A DNA stretch of 64,000 nucleotides from positions 6,466,399 to 6,530,398 of the forward strand of contig MU053934.1 in assembly GCA_013239625.1 (NCBI GenBank). Reading direction: 5' to 3'. This document shows, in pieces, positions 1 to 11,779 of this stretch (positions within the stretch are counted from its first letter, which is position 1; the number at the start of each line of letters is the position of its first letter). The DNA comes from Lama guanicoe (taxonomy: Eukaryota). A program made the translations under genes and the position numbers. Under the pieces are notes generated by a model. The model worked only from the letters and a program-made list of their open reading frames with translations, was not told the DNA's origin and ran no database searches.

Positions 1-138
1 GTGCTGGGGGCTCCAAATGCTGCTCACCACTGACTGTCTTTGAGCTGGGAAAGGGGTGGGCAGGAAGGGTGGTGTCTGCTGGGCAGCTCTGATGAGCAGG
101 TCAAGGAGAGGTGGGCAGAAAGCATCTGATGCATGGAA

Positions 139-215
139 CAGAACATAGTCAAGGACTTATAAGTAGGACAAATGGTATCAGAACTCCATCTTCTGACTCC
201 CAGTCCAGTGCCCCT
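139..215 (-). ncRNA. MIR-derived sequence resembling the human MIR378I locus (function doubtful)
   Basis: Minus strand reads GCACTGGACTGGGAGTCAGAAGATGGAGTTCTG...ATGTTCTG, with a miR-378-like 21-mer at 209-189, downstream of the TNFRSF13C stop. Confidence 0.45.
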
Positions 216-1338
216 TCCAAAGGTGCTAAGCTGTGACAAGTTCCAAGGACACTGACCAGGGTGGAGTCCAGGTCAGGAGGTTGTAACCCTGAGTAGGAGG
301 GTCGGCAGGAGAGTCGGTGGGTGACTGAGTGCACAACGTGGTCCAGAAGTGGAAGAGATGGTCTCAGCTCCAGGCCCCAGAGCAAAGGGCACCACTGTCA
401 GAGGAACAGTTCTACTGAGATGATAGGTGACTGCAGGGGCCAGCACAGAATGGCCAAGTGATCCAGGCACTTTAAGATGACAGGCCCCAGAGAGAAGGGG
501 GCTGAAGGGACATCAGGTCCAGCTGGTTCAAGGCTGCAGGCCTGCCCTGGCCTCTGAACAAAGGAGCCTCCTGGAGATCCTGGGCCCTACCCTTGTACAG
601 TGTGCCCTGGAGACAGCTGGGACTCCACGTGGCCTCCGACAGAGATGCCTGCCACTGTGCCTTCAGTGTGAATTTGTAGTCCAGCCCCAGAGGCTGTAGA
701 CTTCCTCCCAAGTGTGACACTGGGGCTCTGAAAGCTGCCCCCAGGCTGAAAATGGCATCACAGGTCCTAGCAGATTGGGCCAAGCTCAGGGTTGACCTTA
801 GGGTACAGATATCTGAGAATCAGCATAATCCAGGCTATTTCTTAAAATAAATCATCTTGTAATAAGTCCCAAAGCAAACCAGTCGGTTGTTTACTCATTG
901 CTGCAATTTACATCAGTTTAAAAGTGGGATGGCTCTGAGAGCAAGTATTAAAGAAAGGCAACACCCAGGTACAAATTAAGTATCCTCCCACTTGATCCTT
1001 TTCCTAGATTCATTCTGACTTATGGTGGCTTCCCCATGCTTAAAGAAAAACTCCTACTCAGTGTCCCAGCCACTCAAAAGCACAGAGCTCAGCCACAACC
1101 TTTGAGGGCTGCCAAAGATGGCATGATTTGACGCCAAATGCTAACATTCCACACAATGCCAGGAAGGCTGAACTCGGTGGTCTGTGGTGCCTGTGGTTCT
1201 GTAGGGTTAGCCCGGGAGCAGCCTGGCTCCCAGAAAAGGGGCAGGTGGGTGCTGGGGTGAAGAACCGAATCCAACCTCCAAGCTCCTGGCTGACGGCCCA
1301 CAGGGAAGGCAGGGGCCATGTTCTTCCCACCTCCGCTG

Positions 1339-1520
1339 CTACTGTTGCTCAGGGCCGGCCGTCTTGGTGGTCACCAGCTCCGTGGAACCCAGCTCTGTGG
1401 CTGGCACAGGGATGCTGTGGGCAGGTGGGGTAGTGGCTGGGTCTTCACTGGGTGGAAGCCAGATGGGAGCTGTGACATCCAGGGTTCCAGGGGAGAGGAT
1501 GGTGACATTGTCCAGGGGCT
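1339..1520 (-). CDS. TNFRSF13C: BAFF-R coding exon 3 (cytoplasmic tail, TRAF3-binding PVPAT)
   Basis: Manual translation EPLDNVTILSPG...HSIPVPATELGSTELVTTKTAGPEQQ-TAG; acceptor CCTAACCAG. Absent from the ORF track. Confidence 0.96.
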
Positions 1521-2099
1521 CTGGTTAGGGGAAATGCAGGGTCAGGACTGGGTCACAGACTTCCCGCATCTCTGTTCTGGAAGCCCCCCTGGAGGGACAG
1601 CCCTCTAACTTATGAGAGAGAAGTCAGTTGAAGCCCCACTGCAAGGATGGGGGGTTGGGAGGCACGTGATGGGCCCTCAGAACAGGAAGCTCTGAGAGGT
1701 CCGGTAAAATGGCAGTGCTGACAGAGGGAGAGGAGCTGTGGGAGCCAGTCTGGCCGTCCCAGAGAGAGGGTAGGACAGACCCCCTCCCTCCGCCAGGCTC
1801 CCCAGCCTCCGATCTCTTCCTCACACGGGTCTGGGAGGCCAGAGCTGTGGCCCTCACCTGGACTGGTGTCTGGGGGGGGCGGGGAACGACCTCCCGGCTC
1901 AGCCTCAGCGCCCAGGAGTGCGCTCTTTGCCCCCTCTGCCTGCGTCACTCCCAGGGCCCTGCCTCCCCTTCAGAGGTCCCCACGCCCCTAAGGGCAGTGT
2001 GCCTCAAGGGCCACGTCTCCCCTCCGACGGCCCCCAGCCCCACACGCCCTGACCCCCTCCGTTGCAGTGCCTCTCGGCCCCCCTAGACGCCGAACTTAC

Positions 2100-2342
2100 C
2101 GTCGCCGCCCGGGGCTTCTGGGGTCTCCGGAGCAGCCGCGGCGCGGAGCCGCCGCCTTCGGTGCCTCCAGCTCACCAGGCCCACCAGGACCAGGGCCAGC
2201 GCCAGGCCCAGCAGCGCGGGGGCGCCGAAGAGCAGCGCGGGAAGCGGCAGCGCGGCCTCCGCCTCGACCTCGGTCGCCGCCCCGGGGCCCACCGACTCCT
2301 GCGGCTGCAGCGCCGTCCCGGGGGCCAGGCTGCTGAGGCCGG
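2100..2342 (-). CDS. TNFRSF13C: BAFF-R coding exon 2 (stalk and transmembrane helix)
   Basis: AGLSSLAPGTALQPQESVG...LLFGAPALLGLALALVLVGLVSWRHRRRR; CAGCAG acceptor, GTAAGT donor at 2099. Confidence 0.95.
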
Positions 2343-2714
2343 CTGCTGGAGGCGACGGGCAGGGAGGGCAGGGGGCAGAAGAGAGGGAGGAGCGGGGAGG
2401 GGAAGGGTGGGAGGGAGGCGAGGCTGGGCCGGGGAGGGGAGGGACAGCCCGACGGCGGCCGGGGGGGAGGGGTGGGGGGGGACAGGGGAGGGAGGGGAGT
2501 GGAGAGAAGGGACGGTGAGGGCCACGCAGCGCTGGCTGGTCCCCATCCAGGCCCCAGGCCACACACTCCCGTTAATCAGGTGACCCCCGCCCCAGGTCCT
2601 GGGGCAGGTGGAGGCCATGCCTAAGACTCTGGCAGGGTGGAGGCCTCTGTGAAAGGACCCTCTTCCCTCTCCAGGGGTGCCCTGTGCTCAGTCGTCCCAG
2701 CGGTCGACTCTTAC

Positions 2715-2850
2715 CCGGTCTAGGCTCCGGCGTCCGGAGGAGACTGCAGGCCACGCAGTTGCGGACCAGCACGTCGAAGCACTGAGTCTGCAGGCACTGC
2801 GTGGGTGCCGGCCCGTCCCTGCCCCTCAGACCCCTCGCCCCTCGCCTCAT
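2715..2850 (-). CDS. TNFRSF13C: BAFF-R coding exon 1 (ligand-binding CRD with DxL motif)
   Basis: MRRGARGLRGRDGPAPTQCLQTQCFDVLVRNCVACSLLRTPEPRP; donor G|GTAAG at 2714. Confidence 0.96.
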
Positions 2851-5427
2851 GCTGCCGAAGCCCATGCTCCCACTGCACACACGGCTGAGACTGAGTCTGA
2901 CCTCTGCTGTCCCACCAGGAGGAAACAGGGAGGGGCCGCCACCCACTCCATGGCCCCGCCCTCCTGACTACTGGGGTGTGACCGGGTGGGACCACTCTTA
3001 GCCAGGGCCTCAGCACCCCAGACCTTCTATCTGTGGTTCCTCCATTCAACCGGTCAACCATCACCCCCAGACAACCTCTGGGCGGGCCGTCTGTTGGGCA
3101 CAGGGACAAGGCTGAACCTCAGACCAAGGCCTGCTCCGGGCAGCAAAGGACGGGCCTCTTAATCAGGACACAGACCTCTGGGTGGCCTCCTCTGTCCTGC
3201 TCCCAAAGGCCAGCCCATTGTCCCAGGTGATCCCCACCAGCCATCTCCCCCCACCTGCCTCTTCTGGGGAGCCCTCCTGCCCTTCTCAGGCAGAGCTGAT
3301 CAGTTCATCAAACACAGTCCTGAGTGCCGATATTGTACCAGGCCCCAGGGGACTCCCATACAGCAGCAGTATCAGACCAGGCCATCACCATGGAGGGGAC
3401 AGGAAGGCTTTGTGGAGGAGATGGTGAGAAGGTGTTTACTAGATGGAGAGAGGGCCAAAGGAGTGCCCAGTGTGACCAAAAGCCTTGAGGACAAATACAA
3501 AGGCCAGAGAGTGCTGGGACCAGAGGGCTGGGCTGGGGCCTTGACTGAGAGAACCCCAGACACTGGCCAGAAGGGCACTGGGGAGCCACGTAGGGCTTTA
3601 AACTAGGAGTGTCAAAGTCAGATCTGCCTGTTAGCGAGGAACCACTGGCTGGAGTGGAGGGCACAGTTTGGGTAGGGCTGGGGATGGTGTGGTCTCCAGA
3701 GGGTAAGCAGGAGGGAGACTCAGATCAGCAGATGAAGAGACAGACTGACAGACAGACCAAGGCCCAGCAGGTAGTAGGAAGCCCACCTACCCCAACTCCT
3801 TTTTCCAAAGGCTGTGTGTGTCCTGGCCTGCTCTGCTCTGTGTCTCACGGAGGCACTGTCCCTACTCCTCAATGTTTGGGGAAGCCCCACCTGTTTCTCA
3901 CCTACGTCTCTCAGGCTTTCTCAGACAGACACACAAGCCCCCTCAATCCTCCTTGGCATCTGCTGTCCCCTCCCTGCAGGCGGGAGCTGGCAGAGAGCTG
4001 CAGCATGGAGCTCAGGCTTAGTGCCTCAGGGTGGGCAATGCCAGACCCATAAGCACTCAGGGTTGGGGGTGCACAGAGGAAGGACAGAGAGGGGGCTTAG
4101 GGGCAGGAATAGATCTTTAGCCGCTTAAGGGGCTAAACTTCCAGGCAGAGGAACAGGACAGGCAAGGGCAAATGCATGGAGAGGGGAAAGGGGAAGCTTG
4201 CTCTGGGGACAGGCATGGCCACTGCTTCAGGGGATGCTGCAGAGGGAGGGAGACTGAGGCTGCAGATGGGCCAGGTCAGGCCTCAACCACAGGCCTGGGG
4301 CAAGGAGGGTTCTGAGTGGGGGAGGCATTCTCTGAGCTGTGCTTTAGAAGGGACCCTCTCCCTGGCTGCTGTGGGGTTGGAGACTGGACAGGGCCACCAG
4401 AGCAGCAAGGAGGCTGGCGCCATGGTCCAGGGTGAGGGAACAAGCTAGCAGGTGTTCAGGAGGAGAGGGTGATGCTATGGAGTAAGGGGAGCAAGACTGG
4501 CCCCCAGGTTTCTGGTTCCAGGGACCCGAGAACTCACACAGAACCCTGAGTCGGCTGGTCTTGAGGAGCCGTGGCCCACTGCCTCTCTGTCCCCCTGCTC
4601 ACGGGCCAGCAACTCCATGGCAGGAAGGTGTAGGCGGTAGGGCATCTGCAAAGGAGAAGTGGGTCTGGGGTGGTGGGTGTGGGTGTAGGTGTGGTTGTAT
4701 GGTGAGGGGGTGGGGGAGCCAGGAGCCTGGAGAGGAGCCGGGGCAGGGAAAGCCCTCCTATGGGGCAGAGGGGTGGGGGCAAGGCCAGAAGACTGGGCCG
4801 CAGTCCTCAGCCCATCACCAGCGGTGCTGTGACCTGTAACCTCAGCCCTGCAGTACCCTTAGTACGGACCAGGCATCTCTTAACCTGTGTGCCAGATGTT
4901 CAGGCCATGCTGGCTGGGTTTTGGGAGACTGCAGGGGGAACCTCTCCCTGGGAGAGGGTGGGGCCAGGTCTGGGCTCATTTACACGAGCCACCTCTGCAT
5001 GGGCTGCCCCAGGCCTGTCTCCTGATGGCCGCTCTGACTCTGGTGGAGAGCAGAGGAGGTGGCCCTCAAGGCCTCCAGCCAGCTGGAGAGAGCCAGTCAT
5101 ATACCTTGGCCACCTCGAAGGAGAAGCGGAGCTACTCACTTGACACATTGACTGGGTGCCTTCGACGTGCCTGCACCAGGCAGGTCCTGAGGACTCAGCA
5201 GGCACCGTGGATGACGTGTGCAGGTGCTTGACTCCAGACAAGCACCTTCCCACTTGTGCCTCCTAAACAGAGAAGGAGTAGGCCTCAGATGTCTGCTTGG
5301 ACTTAGCAGTTAAGAAGCGAAATTTCACCATCAGACCAGTGTGGTAAATGTTAGGTTATTCCTCAATGTAGTCTTCCTTTCTTTTTTTTCCCTTCAAACA
5401 TAGCTCTGAAGTCAAGTTTATTAATTT

Positions 5428-5525
5428 ATTTTTTAATTTATTTTTTTTAGTGGAGATGCTGGGGATTAAACCCAGGACGTTGTGCATGATAAGTATGTGC
5501 TCTACCACTGAGCTATACCCACCCC
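5428..5525 (-). mobile_element. tRNA-derived SINE (Vic-1-like)
   Basis: Reverse-complement head GGGTATAGCTCAGTGGTAGAG...CCTGGGTTTAATCCCCAG and A-rich tail; TSD CAAGTTTATT(A/G)ATTT at 5413-5427 and 5526-5540. Confidence 0.85.
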
Positions 5526-6821
5526 CAAGTTTATTGATTTTTTAAATTCAAGTCTTCTACATCACCTTAACTGAGATATGACCGAGAGGAGTTTAAGTTT
5601 CTAAAATCATTTTGGTTCTTGACAATTGTCCTTGTTCTTTCAATAGTTTTTACTTTAAATAATTTGCTATCATCACCTCAATGTATTTTCAAGCAGAAAA
5701 TAAGGAACTTTGTGCTGAAAAACCCTTCCAATTGAATCTCTCTCTCAGTGTTCTCAAGTTTTTATTCATTAATGAGTTTTTTTAGAAAGGTGATTAATTT
5801 GAGTCTGTCAGGGAAAGGGAGCCTTCCTTGATCTTTGTCCCCAAAATACCCCTTAAAACACCCTCCCAATGATTCTGACACAGGTGCTGTAATGATGTCA
5901 CTTTTTCAGATGGGAAAAAGGGGCTCGGAGGGGCAAAGGGATGACCCAGCACGTACGAGGGGGCCTGGACGGGGTCTGTGTCCAGCCAGCTATGACGTGT
6001 GGCCTGTGCCCTTCATGCCTCAGGGACAAGGTTGGGGAAGTGAGGAAACCCTGTTGGACAAGCTTGATGTCAAACCGGGGGCTGGGGCGGGGGGTTAGTC
6101 CCCCGGGCATAGAGGCCCAGCCCCCCAGATCTGGATGTGAAAGTGCTCTGAGACCCGGGATGCATGCGTTCTGTACTTAAAAATTTGTTTTATTTGTAAT
6201 TTTGTGAGTAATACCTGAACATAGTCTTGTGAAAAAACCCTCCAACAATACAGAAATCTGTGAGTAAGCAGAGGCCTTTCCCTCCCATCCCCAGAGGGAG
6301 TCTCTTTTTGCTTCAGTCTTTCATCCCAGTCTCATTATTTCGCTTTTACATTCTCGTGTATGTGCATACAGAAAAGCGTTTGCGTTTAGTAGAGGGGGCC
6401 CCATGGTGTGAATTGTCCTGGTGGCCTGTCCCTATCCCCCCCCAACCCCGGCCTGTCCTGAGTGCTTCTGTTGCCTCTCTCACTTCATCTTGTTTTGTCA
6501 TAGCAGCCTGGAGCCCCCAAAGTAATGATTCCCTTTGCCTTTCTTGTGTATTTAGCTCTGACATACAGGACACTGCCAAAAGTCCCCCTCACCGGGGAGA
6601 GTGGGAAGGATTTGATGTTGGGCCTCAGGACACTGGGACAGGGTGGGAGAGGCAGGAAGATCAGCACAAAATCCTGGTCAGGCCAGAGAGCCCCGTGGCC
6701 CCTCTCCCCCTGAACCCACGCTGTACAAGGGCAGGTCATGCCCTTCCATAAAGCAGTTATAAAATCCTTGCCCAGGCTTCCCCAAGCCCCATTTGCCTCT
6801 CCTCTGGTCCCCATTTTCCCT

Positions 6822-6871
6822 ACACACACAGACACACACACACACACACGACACACACACATACACACATA
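6822..6871. repeat. imperfect (CA)n microsatellite
   Basis: Run of acacacacagacacacacacacacacacgacacacacacatacacacat. Confidence 0.9.
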
Positions 6872-9065
6872 CTCGCAGTCCAGCACTCCGAGAGGATGCT
6901 GGCCAGAGCAGCCCCAGCAGTTCTCTTGGCCTGACCCTCGGCTGGGGGACGTGGGCCCTCTCTGCAAGGTCAGAAAAGAGACCCAGCTCCTTAGCCCCAC
7001 AGCCAGAGGGAATGGAGTCCCCACTTTCTTGGGGGCCAGGCCTCGTGGTATGCAAGGTGGATGGAGGCTATAGGGCCAGGGTGGGGAGGAGGGGGAGGAG
7101 CAGAGAACCTCCCCAGGGCCACCCCTCCCTCCGGCATCATTCAGGGCACCATACAGGAGGGACAAGGCTGCCGCTGGCTCTGGGCTCCTGCAGGCTTTGG
7201 GCCCTGTGTGTGTGCACAGGCTGACTCCATGTGCAGACACCTCCATTCATTCACCAGATGCTGAGACCTGCTATGCATCAGGCACTGTTCTAGGATCTGG
7301 GGAGACAGCAGGGAACCACAGAGAAAAAACCCAAAGAGTAAAACCATATAGTAGGTGAGGAGGTGAAACGTGCTGGGGAGAAAAATTCACGAGGGAAGGG
7401 TGGCAGGGAGGGCCATGGACTTGGGAAAGGCCCAGTGAGGTCTTGGAACAGAGGGACAGAGGTGCAAGTGATCCCTGAAGATGTCTGGGGAGGAGCAGGC
7501 AAGGCCCAGGGACCAGTGCCCTGGGCCCTGTCTGTCACCCGCATCCCTTGCCTCAACCCTGTGGGGAAGGTGGCATCGTGATTCTTACCTTACAAAGAAC
7601 AAAGCAAGATCAGAAGGAAAAGGGACAAGCCAGGCAGCCCCTCGGCCCCTGAGCGCTCCTATTCCTACAATACGACATTTGTGGGCTGATGACACTGGAG
7701 GAGGGGTGGGTGTCAGATCCAGCAAGAAGAGGACCAAGTGCTAGGGCCCCCACTCTGAGCCCGGCCTTACAGGGCTGTGACTCACTCAGACCAGGCATCC
7801 ACCGGATGCTAGCTCCCAGGGCTCCCCAGATGTAATGGAGGGCCCCAAGGAAGGCTATCTTCTGTCCAGGTGGGGCACTGGGGACTGCCCACCCACTCTC
7901 CCTCCCAGAGCTGGTCCTCATTCCATAGGGTCACATTCAGGCGGGACTCACAGATTTGGGGTGCCAGGGCTGCACAGTCCACCACACTGTCTCCCTCAGC
8001 CTCTCCCAGTGTCTGTGAGAGGTTCTTTCACAATGATTCTCTGCCTGTGCCCTTGTGGCCCCAGGGGAGACTGAGGGGAGAGGGGCTAAGGCAGCAGGTT
8101 TCTTCTGGAAAGGGTCCCTTGGTGCTGGAGTCCTGCCATGTAGGACCATCCCACGCTCCCCTCGCCCACCACACCCCTGGGCACAGCCAACCCACCCTTG
8201 GGGCCGCCGTCTGTGGAGGGCCTACGTGGGACAGGTGCGGTGGCGGGCAATTTGGTTTTTCTGAGCCCCACAAGAATCTCAAGAGGAGCAGGCTGTGGGG
8301 CTCAGGGACGGGAAGTGAGCCGCCCCAGGTCACACTGCATGTTGGCCGCAGACTCCAAGTCAGTGGGACTCAAAGGCCGGGTCCTTTCCCACTGCATCAC
8401 TTCCCCTCTGCGGCCAGGCTGCCCTGCCTTAGCCACGGCCCCAGGCTGCCCCTGCTTCTGTTCGCTGAGGGGTGGAGACACAGGTGCCATGCTGCGGAGC
8501 CCTCTCCTCGCAGGGAGGCCCTTCCTCCTGGGCAGGGTTGGGACACGTCAAACTGGGGCCAGGATGCTTGTGTCTGAATGTGAGATGTGAGTTCCTTGGG
8601 CCTGGGCTCAATGGCTGCCCACAACCAGGTGCCCTGAGGGCACAAAAGTACCTGTAACTTTGAACTAGCCCTGCCCCTCTGACAGCCTCGATGTCTCATC
8701 CACGCGGTGGGGGCCCAAATATCCCACTCTTCTCTGTGCTCTTGGAGAGCATGGATGCGGCAGCTCCCAGGCCCAGCTGAAGAGCACCTCCTCCAGGAGC
8801 CTCAGACTGCCCATCCACTCGGATCTGCAGCCTAGGGGATGGTGCCTACCCTCAGTAATTGCCTCCAAAGTGACCACACTGTAACCATGGCCAGCCTAAG
8901 AAGTCTTACATTTGCTTTAAGTTTAAAATAACAGCTTCTCATTCTCAGTCCTCACAACCAGCTGGGAAAAAGGGCATCAATTAGCCTGATCCCATTCTAT
9001 GGACAAGGAAACTGAGGCACATCAAGGATAGGTGACCTGCCTGATGTCGTGGGATCAGTAAGCAG

Positions 9066-9134
9066 CCCACCACAGCCTCTCCCGTCTCCCTCCACCCACC
9101 ACAGCCTCTCCCGTCTCCTTCCACCCACCACAGC
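9066..9134. repeat. 29-bp tandem duplication, about 2.4 copies
   Basis: CCCACCACAGCCTCTCCCGTCTCC(C/T)TCCA starts at 9066 and 9095, with a partial copy at 9124. Confidence 0.9.
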
Positions 9135-11016
9135 ACCAAGCACCCATTCTGAGCTCCACGGGGCATAAAGATTGGTCTTCCATTACTTCCCTCAGTCAAA
9201 CTGTCTCCTAGATGGTGTCACTGGCCTCCACTCCTGGGCCGGGGCAGCAGGCTTGAGGATGGCCGGCAGCCCTTCAGGGGCTGCTCAGCTCTGCTGTGAG
9301 GCAGAGGCGGCCTCTCAGTTGCCGGGCCCCTGCCAAGCTCGCTGGAGCTGGCAGCAGTGACAGCATCGTGCTCCCCCAGCACTTGGAAGGCTCCCAGGTC
9401 CTTGGCTGGAGAATGTGATGCCATTTCTCTTGTTAAATGGCACCAGGTGGCGAAGAAAACATGGCACAAGGACCGGAGAGAGAGAGTGCCCCATGCTGGC
9501 TGGCAGAGAGGGGAGGGGGTATGGGGAGGACCCCCCTTGTCTCCAGCCAAAAGTAACAAGCCCAGAAGAGGCAGGCAGGCTGTGCCCACACCACGACTCT
9601 TGGACACCAGGCTCCAAAGACCTACCCTACCCTCCACTTGCCCTCTACATGGCCCTGCAAAGCCCCACCTTTTATGGCCCAGGCTCCTGAAGGGCTGAAA
9701 ACAATGCTGGTTTCTAGGAGCCGCGGGCCCTTGGAGAAGGCGGGCCTTCTGGACCTCTGCCGATCCTGCCCATCCCCTGAGACCAATGCACACCTTGATG
9801 CTCACCACCAGCCTCTTCCTTTAACCCGGACCCACCCCCAACCTCAGCACAGAAGCTGGCCTCCCTTCCCAAATGCCAAGGGAGTTCTTGGGCAGCCCTT
9901 GTGCTGGCCCCAGGCCTGCTCCAGCCCCAGGCCCGCACCTTCCTCTTCCCAGTGCTCCTACCTGCTCACCGCCCTCCCCTCCATGAAGCCTCCTGTGCTA
10001 AGGGGACCCAACTGGTGGGAATGGCACTTTAAGGGACCACCCTTCCAAATGGCTGCTTTCTCTGGCACGTGTCCACCATTCCTATGTTCCCAGCTCAGGG
10101 TCTGCCCAGTAGAGATGCCCAAACCTCGGTTCAACGATCAGATGCATGAAAGAACAACCAGAGAGATAAAGCAGAGGACCAGGGCCAGAGGTTGGCTCTA
10201 CATCCGATTAGCTACGTGAGTGTGGGCACACCTCTGATGCCAACCGAAATGAGGAAATACGGTCAACCTCACAGGTCTGCCGGGAGGGCGGCAGGAGTGA
10301 GGCACGAAGCTCGGCGAACATCAGGTGATGCCCGGGACTGAACTGGAATCCCCAAAGCTGAGGTTCTTGGCGGGCCCTGGGGGTTGCCTGGAAGCCAGCC
10401 AGGCGTCTGCAACCCTTATTGAGCGCTGGTAGTGGGGCGTCGGGCCAGGGCTGGAAGGACCCCAAGGAGAGAAAGGCAGGCCCTACCCTCATGACACCTG
10501 CACCGAGTTTCCAGGTTGGCCCATCCTCAGTGAAGACTGTGAGTTGCAGTTGCCATGATGATATCAAAGCAGGGGCCCTGTGGTGCTGCCACTGTCCAGG
10601 GCATCAAGCAGGGATGGCCCTGAGGCCTGAGGATGGAGGCCAGGGCACAAGCAGGGTGGGGTGGAAGGAGCCAGGCCCTGGCTCCCTAAGATCCTGAGGC
10701 CTCTCCCACCAGGCCTCCCCTCCCCCCAGCTCCCGTGTGACTGCCCAGCCACAGGGGAGCAGCCTGAGCCCAGACCTGGCCGACGGGATTTCTGGATGCT
10801 AACCCCCCGGCAATTCCACAAATTCTAATTAGACCCAAAAGAGAAGGAAAGCAAAAGTCACTGCACAATCTCCAGCTGCCAACCCAGAAACCAGGCCTCC
10901 AGCCAGATTCTCTCACTTGATTCTCACAAACTTAAGGATTCACAGTGTAATTCCTGGATTTACACCAGTTTTTGAACTTAGTTCTGTGTGATTTCAAATA
11001 ATAGATCTTATCACTG

Positions 11017-11063
11017 TTTATTGAGTGGTAACCTGGCACCGTCCAAGCATTACCACATTTATT
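11017..11063 (-). terminator. candidate CENPM polyadenylation signals
   Basis: Two minus-strand AATAAA hexamers (plus TTTATT at 11017-11022 and 11058-11063), about 600 nt past the stop. Confidence 0.45.
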
Positions 11064-11638
11064 ATGAAATACATTCAAGCACACAACGAGCACAGGCGTG
11101 GCACAGCCTCAGGCTTCCACCTTTGCCATTGCATTCAGTCCTCACAACGCAGCAAGCTGAGGAGAACAACCTCCACTTAAACCTGGGGAAACCAAGGCTC
11201 TAGCAGGCCACAACCAGGTCCTGTAAGAACGGCGAGGCCAGGATGTGGGGTCAGATCGGGAGTCCTACTCCCCCGGCCTGGTTCTTAATTATTCTGAGTC
11301 AGTCTCCTCATCTACGAAATCAAAGTGGTAGACGAGGCCAGTGATTTTCACTTTTTTTAGCTACAGACCCTTTGTTCACATGCAGTCTTAAGAGGAGATT
11401 CACATGTCAGATGGATGGAGACACTGGGCTCTGCGGGGGTGGGGACAGGAGTGGGAGGGAGGCTGGAGTCCCACCAGCCGGGCCCCCCACCCGCTCCGCG
11501 TTCCCGGCCAGGGCGGGAGGAATTTGTCCCCAGGGAGCTGCCGGTCAAGCCCTGGCGTGCGCTCCAGCCACAGCGAGCAAGTGTTTACTGAGTCAGGCAC
11601 CAAGCTGTGGGGACAGGCAGCCCGGGGGCTCGTGGCCC

Positions 11639-11779
11639 TCACAGGTCCTCCAGGGAGGGGTTCTCAGTGCTCCTCAGCAGGGACAGCAGGTTCAGGGCGG
11701 AGACGCCGGGCACGTGGCCCGCGCAGATCTGCAGCATGCGGACCAGGCGCTGCGCCATGGTGGTTCGAAAGCCTTCTAC
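11639..11779 (-). CDS. CENPM: CENP-M exon 6 (last coding exon)
   Basis: [49 protein letters not shown]. Confidence 0.96.
   Translation of the reverse strand, partial: VEGFRTTMAQRLVRMLQICAGHVPGVSALNLLSLLRSTENPSLEDL

Larger units (their letters stand above)
1339..2850 (-). other. TNFRSF13C: BAFF receptor gene, CDS span (3 coding exons, 186 aa)
   Basis: Exons 2850-2715, 2342-2100 and 1520-1339 join in phase (136+243+182=561 nt) with GT-AG boundaries. The product has the single partial cysteine-rich domain, a TM helix and the PVPATELG tail of BAFF-R. Confidence 0.97.
1990..2960. promoter_or_regulatory. CpG island over TNFRSF13C exons 1-2 and proximal promoter
   Basis: Visibly high GC and CpG density; GC box near 2953; ETS-like GAGGAA at 2919-2924. 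Confidence 0.7.

Noticed and set aside
2062..2618. Several overlapping 90-170 aa ORFs on both strands
   Set aside because: By-products of the GC-rich BAFF-R exon 2 and intron 1; only the spliced BAFF-R frame is supported.
6485..7246. 253-aa minus-strand ORF
   Set aside because: Runs through a CA microsatellite, has no recognisable domain and no exon structure.
7870..8577. 235-aa plus-strand ORF
   Set aside because: Non-ATG start, GC-rich composition, no recognisable homology.
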